In this document: one piece after another, positions 6,566-15,747 of the stretch
How positions within the stretch are numbered: the first letter of the stretch is position 1
Layout: every line of letters starts with the position of its first letter
Assembly (NCBI GenBank): GCA_964534555.1
Contig: CAZHRK010000001.1
Span: 592,904-656,903, forward strand
DNA length: 64,000 nt
Reading direction: 5' to 3'
DNA from: an uncultured Pseudomonadota bacterium
Lineage (GTDB): Bacteria; Babelota; Babeliae; Babelales; RVW-14
Position numbers and translations under genes: made by a program
Notes under the pieces: generated by a model
The model's input: the letters and a program-made list of their open reading frames with translations, nothing else
The model's database searches: none
What the model was told of the DNA's origin: nothing

Positions 6566-9283
6566 CTAGCCTCGTTCTTCTATTGATACTTGCGATCCTG
6601 TGATTCCTTTATCAACGGTGAAGTGAACAGGGAAATTGTGTTTGAATTCGGGTAGGTGCGAGACAACAATAATCCGCGAGAAATCGCTTTGTATTGCGTA
6701 TAAAGCATCCATGATATGCCCTAGCCCGTCTTCATCCTGCGATCCGAATCCTTCGTCAATAATGAGTGTTTGTAGCGCTCGTCCGGCCCTACGTGCAAGA
6801 AGTTTTGCAATCGCGACTCTAAGCGAAAAATCAACCCTAAATGCCTCTCCCCCTGAGTACATTTCATAAGGCCTTACCCCTGCTGAATCAGCTATGTGAA
6901 TATCGAGTGTCTCTTTGATTCCGCCGCTTTTCAGGTCCCTGACAGATTCTATAAAGATTTGAGACTGATTATTAGTAAGGCGGGCAAGCAGTTTATTAGC
7001 CTCTTGCTCGACCTCTGGTATTGCATCTTCAATAAGGAGTGCTTGTATCCCATTTTTTCCAAATGCTTGGGCAAGTGTAGAGTATTGCTCAATTTCAGCG
7101 TCAATTAAGCTGATATCTGCTATATGTTTTTTAATCTCTTCTTCTGCCTGAGTAATAGTTTCAAGAGACTGAAGGGCGCTTCCTTCGCGTTGTTTTGCTT
7201 CCTCAATCAATGTGCTGACCGTGTGGGCTTTTTTTGTTTGCTCTGTGAGCTTAAGATCGATCTCTTTTGTAAGCAGTTCAAGCTGGGCTGCTTCTTGTTT
7301 GAGCGTTGGGATAGATTGAATTATTGTTTTGAGGCTGCGTGCATGCCTGCAGAGCATCTCTATATCAGCTTTGCGTTTTGCTTGGAGTAATGATTCGGAT
7401 TCTAATGCTGCAAGTTGAGAGATTTTTTGATTAACTGCCTCAAGTTCACGAGCAAGAGCCTCTTGGACTTTTTGGTCATAAGGCTTTTTCTCGTACTCAG
7501 TTTTTTTATCACTAAGTTCTTTTTCTAGCGCTTTAAATTCAGCAGACTGAGGCCCCTGTTCTTTTTCTGTTACAATCTTTAAATGCTCTTTTTCTAGCTC
7601 AGCAATACTACTTTTCTGATCAGTAATTAATTTTTGGTAGCGCTCTATTTCTATTTTGAGCGTTTTGTTTTGTTCTTGGTTTTTTATTATTTGAGCTTCT
7701 ATCTCGGTTGCAAGCGCTTGTTGTTTGGTCATTTCAACTAAGGCTTTTTCTTGCGTATCAAGCTGCTTGTGTTGAACAACTAAGATATCTTTAAGCCTGA
7801 CCAAAAGCTTACTTACCGTTGCGATTCGATGGCGTAAGAATGCTTCATGGCTAATAAGGTTTAATGCGATATATTGCTTGCGTTTTGCTGTTAGAAGTTG
7901 CTCACACAAAGGACATGCTGGATTTTCTGCGTCATGAACAATTTTTTGTTTTCGTTCAAGCTCCGTAAGCTCATTTTTTGCCCAGTTTCCTTTTTGCACA
8001 AGGTTTTGGTAGAAGCTGCGGCGCTTTTCAAATTGCTTTTTGATTAAATTGATTTCATGCTCCAGGAGGGCATAATTTTTTTGTGCTTGTGTAAGCGATT
8101 CAATTTTTTTATTCAGTACTTGATGTTCTTGGTCAAGAAGAAGGCTGTTTTTCTCAGCTTGTTCTTTTTGTTTGAGCATTGAATCAAGCGAAAGTTTCCC
8201 ACGAGTTATTTCATGCAAGAGCTCTTGGGTGCGCTTATTAAAAGATTGCTCATGCTTGAGGAGTAATTCATTTTTCTTTGCAACAAAATTACTGATTTGC
8301 TCTTGCAGAATCATGCGAGCTTGTTGTTGTTTAATCAGCTCTGCCTGCTTTTCAAGAATCACCTCTTTCTCTTTGTGCAGGTGCGCTGGGTCGGCTTTTT
8401 TTATAGTTAAGCTGTGTGTTGCTTTCCAAGCGGCTAGAATTTCTCTTAGCTGCGTGCTCAGCGCTTCAAAGTCGGCCAAAGCTTTTTCAGCAGAGGTAAG
8501 TGCCTCTTTTTTCTTCTCTAGGCTGCTTATTGCCTGTGCTTTTTCACTGTGTAGTTTTTCGCACAGTGATGTAGTTGCTGCTTTTTCGATTCCAAGATTA
8601 ATAAGCTCTTTGCTCAGTTGTTCAGCAAGGCTAACTAAGTCAGGCTTTAGCTTGCAGGTTTCTTCAGCTCTCAGCAAGAGTGCAGAAGCTGTTTTGCGCT
8701 GTTCTGTAAGGCCCCTTGTGTGCGCATTAGCTGCATCTTGAAGTTTGTCATAACGACCAAGCCCAAGAATAGTGCTAAAAATAGCTTTACGCTCTTTTGC
8801 AGATTTTTTTGAAAATTCGTTAGATTGACCCTGGCGCAAGAAAGCTGAATTAGTAAAAGTCTCAAAATCAAGGCCTACAACATGCTCAATTTTTGCTTGT
8901 GTGGCTTTAATAGTTTTGTCCGTTAGCGAAACAAAACGGTCTGATACAGTATCGTATACTTCAAAATCAAGTGCTGCCAGTGGTTTGCCATAGGATTTTG
9001 TATACTCGCGCCGTACTCTGTATCTGCCGTCACCGCAATCAAACTCAAGGCTTACAACCATACGTGTCTGCCCAAGTCGCAAGAGTCCTTCATCTGGTTT
9101 TGCGTTACCACCAGTTTTACGTGCTTGTCCCCAAATTGCCCATGTTAGAGCGTCAAGGAGAGCTGATTTCCCGTTGCCATTTTTGCCAGACAAACAAATA
9201 AGATTGTAGTCTTTAAAATCGATAACAACTGGGGTGTCGCCATAGCTGAGAAAGTTTTTAAGCTCTAAAATGCGTGGTATCAT
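6566..9283 (-). CDS. sbcC: SbcC/Rad50-family DNA repair ATPase
   Basis: 905 aa. Walker A GKNGNGKSALLDA, long coiled coil with central zinc-hook CPLC, signature YSGGEAF, Walker B LIIDEGFG, H-loop VVSH. Confidence 0.85.
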   Translation of the reverse strand: MIPRILELKNFLSYGDTPVVIDFKDYNLICLSGKNGNGKSALLDALTWAIWGQARKTGGNAKPDEGLLRLGQTRMVVSLEFDCGDGRYRVRREYTKSYGKPLAALDFEVYDTVSDRFVSLTDKTIKATQAKIEHVVGLDFETFTNSAFLRQGQSNEFSKKSAKERKAIFSTILGLGRYDKLQDAANAHTRGLTEQRKTASALLLRAEETCKLKPDLVSLAEQLSKELINLGIEKAATTSLCEKLHSEKAQAISSLEKKKEALTSAEKALADFEALSTQLREILAAWKATHSLTIKKADPAHLHKEKEVILEKQAELIKQQQARMILQEQISNFVAKKNELLLKHEQSFNKRTQELLHEITRGKLSLDSMLKQKEQAEKNSLLLDQEHQVLNKKIESLTQAQKNYALLEHEINLIKKQFEKRRSFYQNLVQKGNWAKNELTELERKQKIVHDAENPACPLCEQLLTAKRKQYIALNLISHEAFLRHRIATVSKLLVRLKDILVVQHKQLDTQEKALVEMTKQQALATEIEAQIIKNQEQNKTLKIEIERYQKLITDQKSSIAELEKEHLKIVTEKEQGPQSAEFKALEKELSDKKTEYEKKPYDQKVQEALARELEAVNQKISQLAALESESLLQAKRKADIEMLCRHARSLKTIIQSIPTLKQEAAQLELLTKEIDLKLTEQTKKAHTVSTLIEEAKQREGSALQSLETITQAEEEIKKHIADISLIDAEIEQYSTLAQAFGKNGIQALLIEDAIPEVEQEANKLLARLTNNQSQIFIESVRDLKSGGIKETLDIHIADSAGVRPYEMYSGGEAFRVDFSLRVAIAKLLARRAGRALQTLIIDEGFGSQDEDGLGHIMDALYAIQSDFSRIIVVSHLPEFKHNFPVHFTVDKGITGSQVSIEERG

Positions 9284-9392
9284 AAAAACTCATTGGTTTT
9301 CAGATGATATGTTTGTAGACTTATCCTCTGTGACTTGAGCACGGTGCGCAAGTTTCTGCAGTGTACCACAAAAATAATTAGTCGTATGCCTT

Positions 9393-10508
9393 ATGCTACA
9401 ATTTGATCAGCGTTATTTCCGCTATTTTGATTGGCTTGGTTTTTTCATTACCTTGAGCATTCTTGCGTTAGGTAATCTTTTTGTTTTTAGTGCTACCTAT
9501 AGGCCAGAGGCGCCATTTTCTTTGTGCCTCAAGAAACAGCTTTTGGGCACAGGGGTTGGGCTTTTAATCTATCTATTTTTCTGCTGCATAGATCTTAAAA
9601 GGCTCTCACGGTTTGGTGTTATTGCTTTTTACACCACGCTTGTCATTCTTGTGTATGCATTTATTGGTGGGATGATTGCAATGGGCGCCAAGCGCTGGGT
9701 CTCACTTTATTTTTTTAGGTTCCAGCCTTCAGAGCTGATCAAGCTTTTTTTACCTGCATTTGTAGCATCGTATTTTACTGAGCTTGAGCTCCCTAAGTTT
9801 TATTCTGAGCAGCACCTTAATTTTAAAGATTTCTTGTATCCGCTGGGCATGATTTTTTTCTCAGGGCTACTCATTCTTAAGCAGCCTGATTTAGGAACAG
9901 CATTACTTGTTATTTTTTCCGGCTTGCTGATGCTCTGGTTTATTGGGTTGTCCCGCACCTTTTTTATTTGTTGCGCTTTTGCAGGCATCTTGGGCGCACC
10001 CCTTCTTTGGAAAGTATTAAAACCGTATCAGCAAAATAGAATCTTGGTGCTTTTTGGATACGGCGATGTACGTAAAGAGCGTTACCAGGTTGAACAGTCA
10101 AAAATTGCTATAGGCTCTGGTGGCCTCTGGGGAAAAGGTCTTTTAAAAGGTACCCAGAATAAATTTGAATTTCTTCCAGAAGATCACACAGATTTCATTT
10201 TTTCTGTGGTGTGTGAAGAAGTAGGATTTATTGGTGCTCTTGCAGTTATTTTGCTCTATGCAGGGCTGTTTTTTAGAATAGTCATGATTCTTTCCCAGAT
10301 TGGGAATTTCTTTGAGCAAATCTTAGGTCTTGGCCTGATGGCCCATATACTATTTTCCGTCTGCATAAACATAGGTATGGTAACAGGCATGCTCCCCATC
10401 GTAGGGATCCCACTACCACTTTTTAGCTACGGATTAACAAATCTTTGGATAACGCTTGCAAGCTTAGGCTGGCTTAACAATATCGCCATACGTAGGTTCT
10501 ACTACTAA
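9393..10508 (+). CDS. rodA: SEDS-family peptidoglycan polymerase (RodA/FtsW)
   Basis: 371 aa, polytopic. QPSELIK, KQPDLGTALL, EDHTDFIFSVVCEEVGFIG and PLPLFSYG motifs. Length fits RodA better than FtsW. Confidence 0.8.
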   Translation: MLQFDQRYFRYFDWLGFFITLSILALGNLFVFSATYRPEAPFSLCLKKQLLGTGVGLLIYLFFCCIDLKRLSRFGVIAFYTTLVILVYAFIGGMIAMGAKRWVSLYFFRFQPSELIKLFLPAFVASYFTELELPKFYSEQHLNFKDFLYPLGMIFFSGLLILKQPDLGTALLVIFSGLLMLWFIGLSRTFFICCAFAGILGAPLLWKVLKPYQQNRILVLFGYGDVRKERYQVEQSKIAIGSGGLWGKGLLKGTQNKFEFLPEDHTDFIFSVVCEEVGFIGALAVILLYAGLFFRIVMILSQIGNFFEQILGLGLMAHILFSVCINIGMVTGMLPIVGIPLPLFSYGLTNLWITLASLGWLNNIAIRRFYY

Positions 10509-11777
10509 ATTAGCGTCTTTATGCGGTTCATTCAGGAGTTTTTTAACGAGCATTGTGATTGTAGCTGGAAACCTTTTTGGGTCAACATTTGGATCGTATG
10601 ATTTCTTTGCGTTACTTATAAGCTGTTTTTTCCTATCCCAAAGCGCATCAATAGCATCTTCAAGCTGTGATGTTCTTCTTATGACATAAGCTTGTTTGCG
10701 CTTATGCAAGACGTCGATTGTTGCTTTTTCCCAAAACAAGCATGCTGATGTTCTATCAATAATAACAGGCAGGTGCGTGTAGAGTGCTTCGTAGCAAGAA
10801 TTTGGTTTTGGTGCAGAAATCATGATATCTGATACAGCCATAAGGTCAGATATTTTGTTTGTGAACGGGATGCACTGGTAGGTTGTTTTTGTGCAGTCTG
10901 CCATAATTTTTTCAATTTCTTCTGTAAGCTCTGTGCTCTTTCCAAGGCAGAAAAGTACGTGTACGTCTTTATCGATTCGTGCAAGTTCTGCTGCGTATTT
11001 TGTAATTGCAACTGAGCCTTGCCCGCCCATCATGACGAGTATCGTTTTCTTGTTTGCAGGAATATGCCAGCTGCGGCGAATTTTACTTGTGTCTTTAGCT
11101 TCAAAAAAATCTGAGCGAACTTGGAACCCTGCTTCAAATACACATGATTCTGGTATTTTTTTATCAGCGAGCTGTTTTCTTATGAGGTTGGTTTTTTCAA
11201 CGACTGTCATTAAAAATTTGTCATCAGAAAAATTACATTTCTCAACCTTATTAAGAAACAGAGACAAGTCGCAGTCAAGGTTTAGAAGCAGAAACGGAAT
11301 ATTTGCCTCACGCGCAGCTCGTTGCGCTGGGTGATTGATAAATTGAATCACAGAGATAACAAGGTCAGGCTTGAGTTCGTTATAAACAGCCTTAAACCCT
11401 TTGTAGATATTACGGCCATAAAAATTTAAAGCCCTGCAGGCGAAAGCTTTGATCATGAAGTTAGTAAGGCGCAGGCGACCTGTTTTGAGTGCTGTGTTGT
11501 AGGTATCAACTCCTGAGTGCTTTTTGCCGTACAGCATGCGGTGGGGGGGGATAGAGTTAGCAGCTGTCTTTATGCCTTCAATATGCATTACGTCATATTC
11601 TGCATCAAACATCTCATGAAGCGTTTTTGTCATGGCCATGTGTCCATACCCACCATCACACGTCAGAATCAGTATGCGCTTTCTTGTCTTGGGTGAGCTG
11701 GTTAACTCTTTAAGACCCATAGTCATAAAACTAATAAGCACGCAGACACTAAGCATTAACGCTGATTTTATCTTCAT
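10464..11777 (-). CDS. MGDG-synthase-like (GT28-type) diacylglycerol glycosyltransferase
   Basis: N-terminal anchor, then ILILTCDGGYGHMAMTKTL (the G-G-G-H motif of the MGDG_synth N-domain) and a GT-B C-half (ILVMMGGQGS). ATG at 11777 with ggggtgg SD is preferred over the GTG at 11786. Contains a C8/G8 tract. Confidence 0.7.
   Translation of the reverse strand: MKIKSALMLSVCVLISFMTMGLKELTSSPKTRKRILILTCDGGYGHMAMTKTLHEMFDAEYDVMHIEGIKTAANSIPPHRMLYGKKHSGVDTYNTALKTGRLRLTNFMIKAFACRALNFYGRNIYKGFKAVYNELKPDLVISVIQFINHPAQRAAREANIPFLLLNLDCDLSLFLNKVEKCNFSDDKFLMTVVEKTNLIRKQLADKKIPESCVFEAGFQVRSDFFEAKDTSKIRRSWHIPANKKTILVMMGGQGSVAITKYAAELARIDKDVHVLFCLGKSTELTEEIEKIMADCTKTTYQCIPFTNKISDLMAVSDIMISAPKPNSCYEALYTHLPVIIDRTSACLFWEKATIDVLHKRKQAYVIRRTSQLEDAIDALWDRKKQLISNAKKSYDPNVDPKRFPATITMLVKKLLNEPHKDANLVVEPTYGDIVKPA
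11543..11550. repeat. Homopolymeric G8 (C8 on the coding strand) inside the glycosyltransferase CDS
   Basis: gtGGGGGGGGat encodes I-P-P-H on the - strand. Confidence 0.9.
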
Positions 11778-11818
11778 AAGAACCACCCCATAGGCTAGCG
11801 GAATGTATTATTTTTGTA

Positions 11819-12679
11819 CTAGCGTGATTTAAGTATAAACGCTTTTCTGTAAAATAAAAAGACCGCGATAATTGCAATTAGAAATAACGCGTGTGCAAGG
11901 GCTGCTTGTCGCAGGTCTTGGCTAAGCCACCATGGCAAATCAGGGGTGTAGGTTATGAGTGGAATGCGCCTGAGAACTACTTTAACGTATACAAGCCCAG
12001 CATGAAGTCCCATGCCAGCAGCAAGAGAACCTGTTCCCGTCGCAAGAAGGGCGAGCAAAAGACCAAGGAGGAAGAGGCCTACCCCAAGTGCTGTTTCAGG
12101 GTATATAAGCATCCATGGCGCTGTAATATTATGTGCAAGCGAAAAAATAAGCGCGCTTACAACACATGCAGCTAGAGGTTTGAGCTGCGTTTTGAGATGC
12201 ATAAGCAGCAGTCCTCTAAAAACAAGCTCTTCTGTAAGGGCCAAAAAGAAGGTCGCAATAAAACCAAACATACAGCTTCCGATAAGCGAAAGCGTGAGCG
12301 GTTTGTTTAGGCTTACAAATTGAGCAAAAGGGCTAAGTGTGATACCTGCAAGCAGGAGCGCGTGCAGTGAGAAAAACAGCACGAATGTTTTTGCAAAGGA
12401 ATACATCCAGCTTGGCTTCTTAACAAAGAAGCTAATATATCGATCCTTAAACAATCGCCATTGCTGTGCAGGCCATGTGCTAGCCAGAAGTATAATATGA
12501 AGAATAACGATGAGCGTGCTTGTTATTTTTCCGACACCCTTTGATGCAAAAAGCGTGTAAGAAGGATCAACTGTTCGTGCGAGAGGGTCGAGTAAGAAAA
12601 AACATATTAGAATAGAAAAGGCCGATAGTACTACCGGCCCTAAACTCTTCACAATTTTTTCTGCAAGTGGTTTGCGCAT
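11819..12679 (-). CDS. CPBP-family intramembrane glutamic endopeptidase (CAAX protease-like)
   Basis: Polytopic, with the EELVFRG motif and FSLAHN motif typical of the Abi/CPBP family. Confidence 0.75.
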   Translation of the reverse strand: MRKPLAEKIVKSLGPVVLSAFSILICFFLLDPLARTVDPSYTLFASKGVGKITSTLIVILHIILLASTWPAQQWRLFKDRYISFFVKKPSWMYSFAKTFVLFFSLHALLLAGITLSPFAQFVSLNKPLTLSLIGSCMFGFIATFFLALTEELVFRGLLLMHLKTQLKPLAACVVSALIFSLAHNITAPWMLIYPETALGVGLFLLGLLLALLATGTGSLAAGMGLHAGLVYVKVVLRRIPLITYTPDLPWWLSQDLRQAALAHALFLIAIIAVFLFYRKAFILKSR

Positions 12680-12695
12680 ATCAGAAAAAATGCCC

Positions 12696-12974
12696 TTAAG
12701 CTGAGCGGAGCTGTTCTTTCAGGTGCTTACCTGCTTTGAAGCGTGGAACATTAACGCTAGGAAGGTTAATGCGCGCTTTTGTTGATGGATTAATACCAAC
12801 GCGAGCTGGGCGTTTGGACATCCAGTATGTGCCGAATCCGGTTAGAGATACTTTGCCGCCTTTTTTCAGCGTTCTCTCTACGATTCTTGTAAATGAAGAT
12901 AGAACCTTAGCGATGTCCTTTTTACTGAAATTTGTTTCTTCGCTAAGTGCTGCTATCAATTCACTCTTGTTCAT
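12696..12974 (-). CDS. hup: HU/IHF-family nucleoid DNA-binding protein
   Basis: MNKSELIAALSEE...GFGTYWMSKRPARVGINPSTKARINLPSVNVPRFKAGKHLKE. Start moved to the ATG at 12974, which has a gggagag SD. Confidence 0.85.
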   Translation of the reverse strand: MNKSELIAALSEETNFSKKDIAKVLSSFTRIVERTLKKGGKVSLTGFGTYWMSKRPARVGINPSTKARINLPSVNVPRFKAGKHLKEQLRSA

Positions 12975-13228
12975 AAATCTCTCCCACAATGAATACACCT
13001 GTGATCGATACAGTTTCAATGTGAAATTTAGAGCCTGTTCTCTTCTTTGTCAAGAGAAACGACTGAATCACTGATTGAGTCGTTGAAGTTTTGTATTGTC
13101 ATTTTTTTTCGTCTGGAGAGCAGGCCCATTTCAATAGGTTTTTTGCAGAAAGATTTCTGCAAGAAATGTTGCGATGCTGTTTTTATCTTTTTGTGATAAC
13201 ATGCAAAAAATGTTTACGAGGAGCTTTT

Positions 13229-14056
13229 ATGTTTATTGACACTCATTGCCATCTTAACCTGATGACGGGTGAACCATATAAATTTTTGTCACGAGAGCTA
13301 AATAGCGAAGATCTTCTTATTATAGCTGGTCATATTGCTGACGCTCACGCGGCATCTGTTCATAAAATGATTAATGTTGGCACGAGTATTTTAGAAAGCT
13401 GGCAATCACTTGCCATAGCCCATGCCTATGAATCAGTATTTGCAACGATAGGTATACACCCGACAGATTGTGCAGCCTTCGACGGCAGCGCATCAAATGC
13501 CCGTAGAGAGCTCCTTAAAATGGTAGAAGCTGATAAGCCTCGCCGTAAACTCGTAGGAGTTGGAGAAATTGGTCTTGATTTCTACCATAAACCATATGAT
13601 CAGCACCGCCAGCAAGACTTCTTAGTCATGCAAATCGAGCTTGCCCTTGAGCATAATTTGCCGATCGTTTTTCATGTTCGTGACGCAGGTGATGAGTTTC
13701 TGCGCGCCATAGAGCCGTTTGTTCCCAATAAGATTCGAGGTGTAATCCATTGCTTTCAGCAAGATCAAGCATTTGCGGATCAAGTTATTGCATGGAATTT
13801 ATACGTTGGCTGTGATGCGCCGATTACGTATCCAAAAAACAAAGCACTGTGTGAGGTTTTTAAAAACATTCCACTTGAGCGTATTATTTTGGAGACTGAT
13901 GCTCCTTTTCTCCCGCCGCAGCATCTTCGCGGAAAGCAAAATCGGCCAGCACTTGTACCGCTTATAGCACAAGCACTAGCCGACTTAAAATCTTGCTCAA
14001 TTGAAGATATTGCAGATCATACAACGCGTAATGCGCAATCTCTTTTTGGTATTTAA
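13229..14056 (+). CDS. tatD: TatD-family metal-dependent hydrolase/DNase
   Basis: MFIDTHCHLN start preceded by aggag. GEIGLDF, VFHVRDA and ETDAPFL motifs. The track ORF has a 46-codon spurious N-extension. Confidence 0.85.
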   Translation: MFIDTHCHLNLMTGEPYKFLSRELNSEDLLIIAGHIADAHAASVHKMINVGTSILESWQSLAIAHAYESVFATIGIHPTDCAAFDGSASNARRELLKMVEADKPRRKLVGVGEIGLDFYHKPYDQHRQQDFLVMQIELALEHNLPIVFHVRDAGDEFLRAIEPFVPNKIRGVIHCFQQDQAFADQVIAWNLYVGCDAPITYPKNKALCEVFKNIPLERIILETDAPFLPPQHLRGKQNRPALVPLIAQALADLKSCSIEDIADHTTRNAQSLFGI

Positions 14057-14063
14057 TTAAGCG

Positions 14064-15674
14064 TTACTCGTCATCGCTTGCTTGAGAGTGATCAGCATCA
14101 TCTTCATCATCAATTGCTAACTTTTTGATGATGTTAATTTTATTAAAGTCGAGTGCGATGATTGCGTCGCTATCATCAAGTAGGCCACCAATCTTCTTAA
14201 CGCCTAATGTTTGTGCAATAAAGATCTGCGCAAGAATATTAAGCTCCATGCTATCAGCTGGTGTTGAGATCTCTATGATGCCGTTGGTTACGCTCATAGA
14301 AGTATCTTCTACGTCTTGCAAGCGTGCTGATAAGAAATCTTCTTGATCTGCTTGTGTCGACTCTGCGACCCCGATAACTTTTGTTTTGCCTGATCGTGCA
14401 AAATCGACTGCTAGTTCAATAAGACCGATTGTTGATAAAAGCTGATAAAAGCGGTCTTGTCTTGCTTTTGTTACGCTGTATTCTAGCGGTGTGGTTAGCC
14501 CACGCGCAAGGGCAGTCATTCTTTGTGCAAATGCAGGGTGTAAATCTTTAAATCGTTTTGCTAGCGTCACATAAAGTTTTGCAATAAGCGCAGCTGTTTT
14601 ATCTGCCTGCTTCATCAGATTGCTTAAGTTTTCTTTGTGCATTTTAAACATCACTGCCTTTGAATCATAATCTTCGCTTACGCCAGCAATATGTTTGTGG
14701 TAGCTATTACGAATTTTGGTCATTAGAGCTGTATAAAGTGCTATTTTACCCATGCTGAGCGCTAGGTTTGTGCTTCCTATTGCAGCTGTTTTAACAAATG
14801 ATGGCATATACGATCCAACAAAGCTTGCTCCAGGAATAGTTTTCAAGACAGAGCTACCATTAATTGTAGGCATCCAGCTTGGTGTTACATATGAAACACT
14901 GCTGCTTATTGTCTCAGAAATTGGTGCCATGAATTCTGGTGCAAAATATTCTGCTGCTTTATATCCATAGTACCCTGCAAAAGGAAGTGCCATAGCTGCA
15001 CCAAAACAACTACCAACGCCTGCGATTCCAGCAGCGCCTAATGTTCCTAGGCCAAGGGCTGATGAGCCTACAACGTAAGACATCCCACTTGTTGCTAGAT
15101 GAGACATTCCAATTGCAAACTGCATTCTTTGATAAAACTCAGGAAGTCTTAGCGCATAAAGACCGTATTTTGCCACCAATTTGTCATCATATTCGTCTTT
15201 GTACTCTGGGAGTGTATTGTATCTTGCCGCTGCAGATTCGTCTGAGAAATGCAGCTGAATCATTTCATTAAGTTTCAAAATATTTTTTTGAAGCTCTTCA
15301 ATAAATGCTGGTTCACACCAAGAAAGTTCGTGGACATAAAGTCTGAAAAGTTTTCGTGTTGCAGCTTTTTGCTCATAAATCATTTCTTGAAGCGCATAAG
15401 ATTTTAAAGTTGTTCTATTGCCGCACGCTTCAGTAGCCCACTCAGCTATTTGTGGTGCTAATGCGAGTGTTGTTTTTGTATCAGTGTGTGAAACGCCACG
15501 TGCTTTGTTTATACGCTCGAAAAGAGCTTTTTGCTGCTCACCTAATAATCCATGAGCAGCGCCTGAAGTACTGGTGCTGGCGATAGTAAAATTATGCGAA
15601 AAATATGTTTGTGCATTTATTCCAAATACACAGACAGTCGTGATAATGAATGAAAAAAGACTAAACAGTTTCAT
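14064..15674 (-). CDS. Exported/membrane ORFan with a Gly/Ala-rich hydrophobic core and acidic C-terminus
   Basis: Signal peptide MKLFSLFSFIITTVCVFGINAQ. ~45-aa Gly/Ala hydrophobic stretch (SYVVGSSALGLGTLGAAGIAGVGSCFGAAMALPFAGYYGY). C-terminal DDEDDADHSQASDDE. Start set at 15674 because a terminator hairpin occupies the track N-extension. Confidence 0.6.
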   Translation of the reverse strand: MKLFSLFSFIITTVCVFGINAQTYFSHNFTIASTSTSGAAHGLLGEQQKALFERINKARGVSHTDTKTTLALAPQIAEWATEACGNRTTLKSYALQEMIYEQKAATRKLFRLYVHELSWCEPAFIEELQKNILKLNEMIQLHFSDESAAARYNTLPEYKDEYDDKLVAKYGLYALRLPEFYQRMQFAIGMSHLATSGMSYVVGSSALGLGTLGAAGIAGVGSCFGAAMALPFAGYYGYKAAEYFAPEFMAPISETISSSVSYVTPSWMPTINGSSVLKTIPGASFVGSYMPSFVKTAAIGSTNLALSMGKIALYTALMTKIRNSYHKHIAGVSEDYDSKAVMFKMHKENLSNLMKQADKTAALIAKLYVTLAKRFKDLHPAFAQRMTALARGLTTPLEYSVTKARQDRFYQLLSTIGLIELAVDFARSGKTKVIGVAESTQADQEDFLSARLQDVEDTSMSVTNGIIEISTPADSMELNILAQIFIAQTLGVKKIGGLLDDSDAIIALDFNKINIIKKLAIDDEDDADHSQASDDE

Positions 15675-15689
15675 AATAACCCCCACTAT

Positions 15690-15721
15690 AAAAAAAGGGC
15701 GCACTTAATGATAAGGCGCCC
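15690..15721 (-). terminator. Intrinsic terminator of the 15748-16893 gene
   Basis: On the - strand: gggcgccttatcattaagtgcgccc followed by ttttttt. Confidence 0.65.
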
Positions 15722-15747
15722 TTTACGAAAAATAACTTTTAGCAGCA

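Noticed and set aside
8172-8741. A long antisense ORF inside sbcC (189 aa, Ser/Cys/Phe-rich). Similar antisense ORFs occur inside dnaE, the CPBP gene (12012-12323), spoIID (18714-19061), the 878-aa gene (27812-28366), the antiporter (42219-43091) and 52862-53923 (53079-53726).
   Set aside because: They sit opposite well-supported genes, have no RBS, and have skewed composition typical of the reverse frame of coiled-coil or Ala-rich genes.
15675-15704. A 10-codon N-extension of the 14064 ORF.
   Set aside because: It is occupied by the terminator hairpin and T-run of the upstream gene. The ATG at 15674 has the SD.
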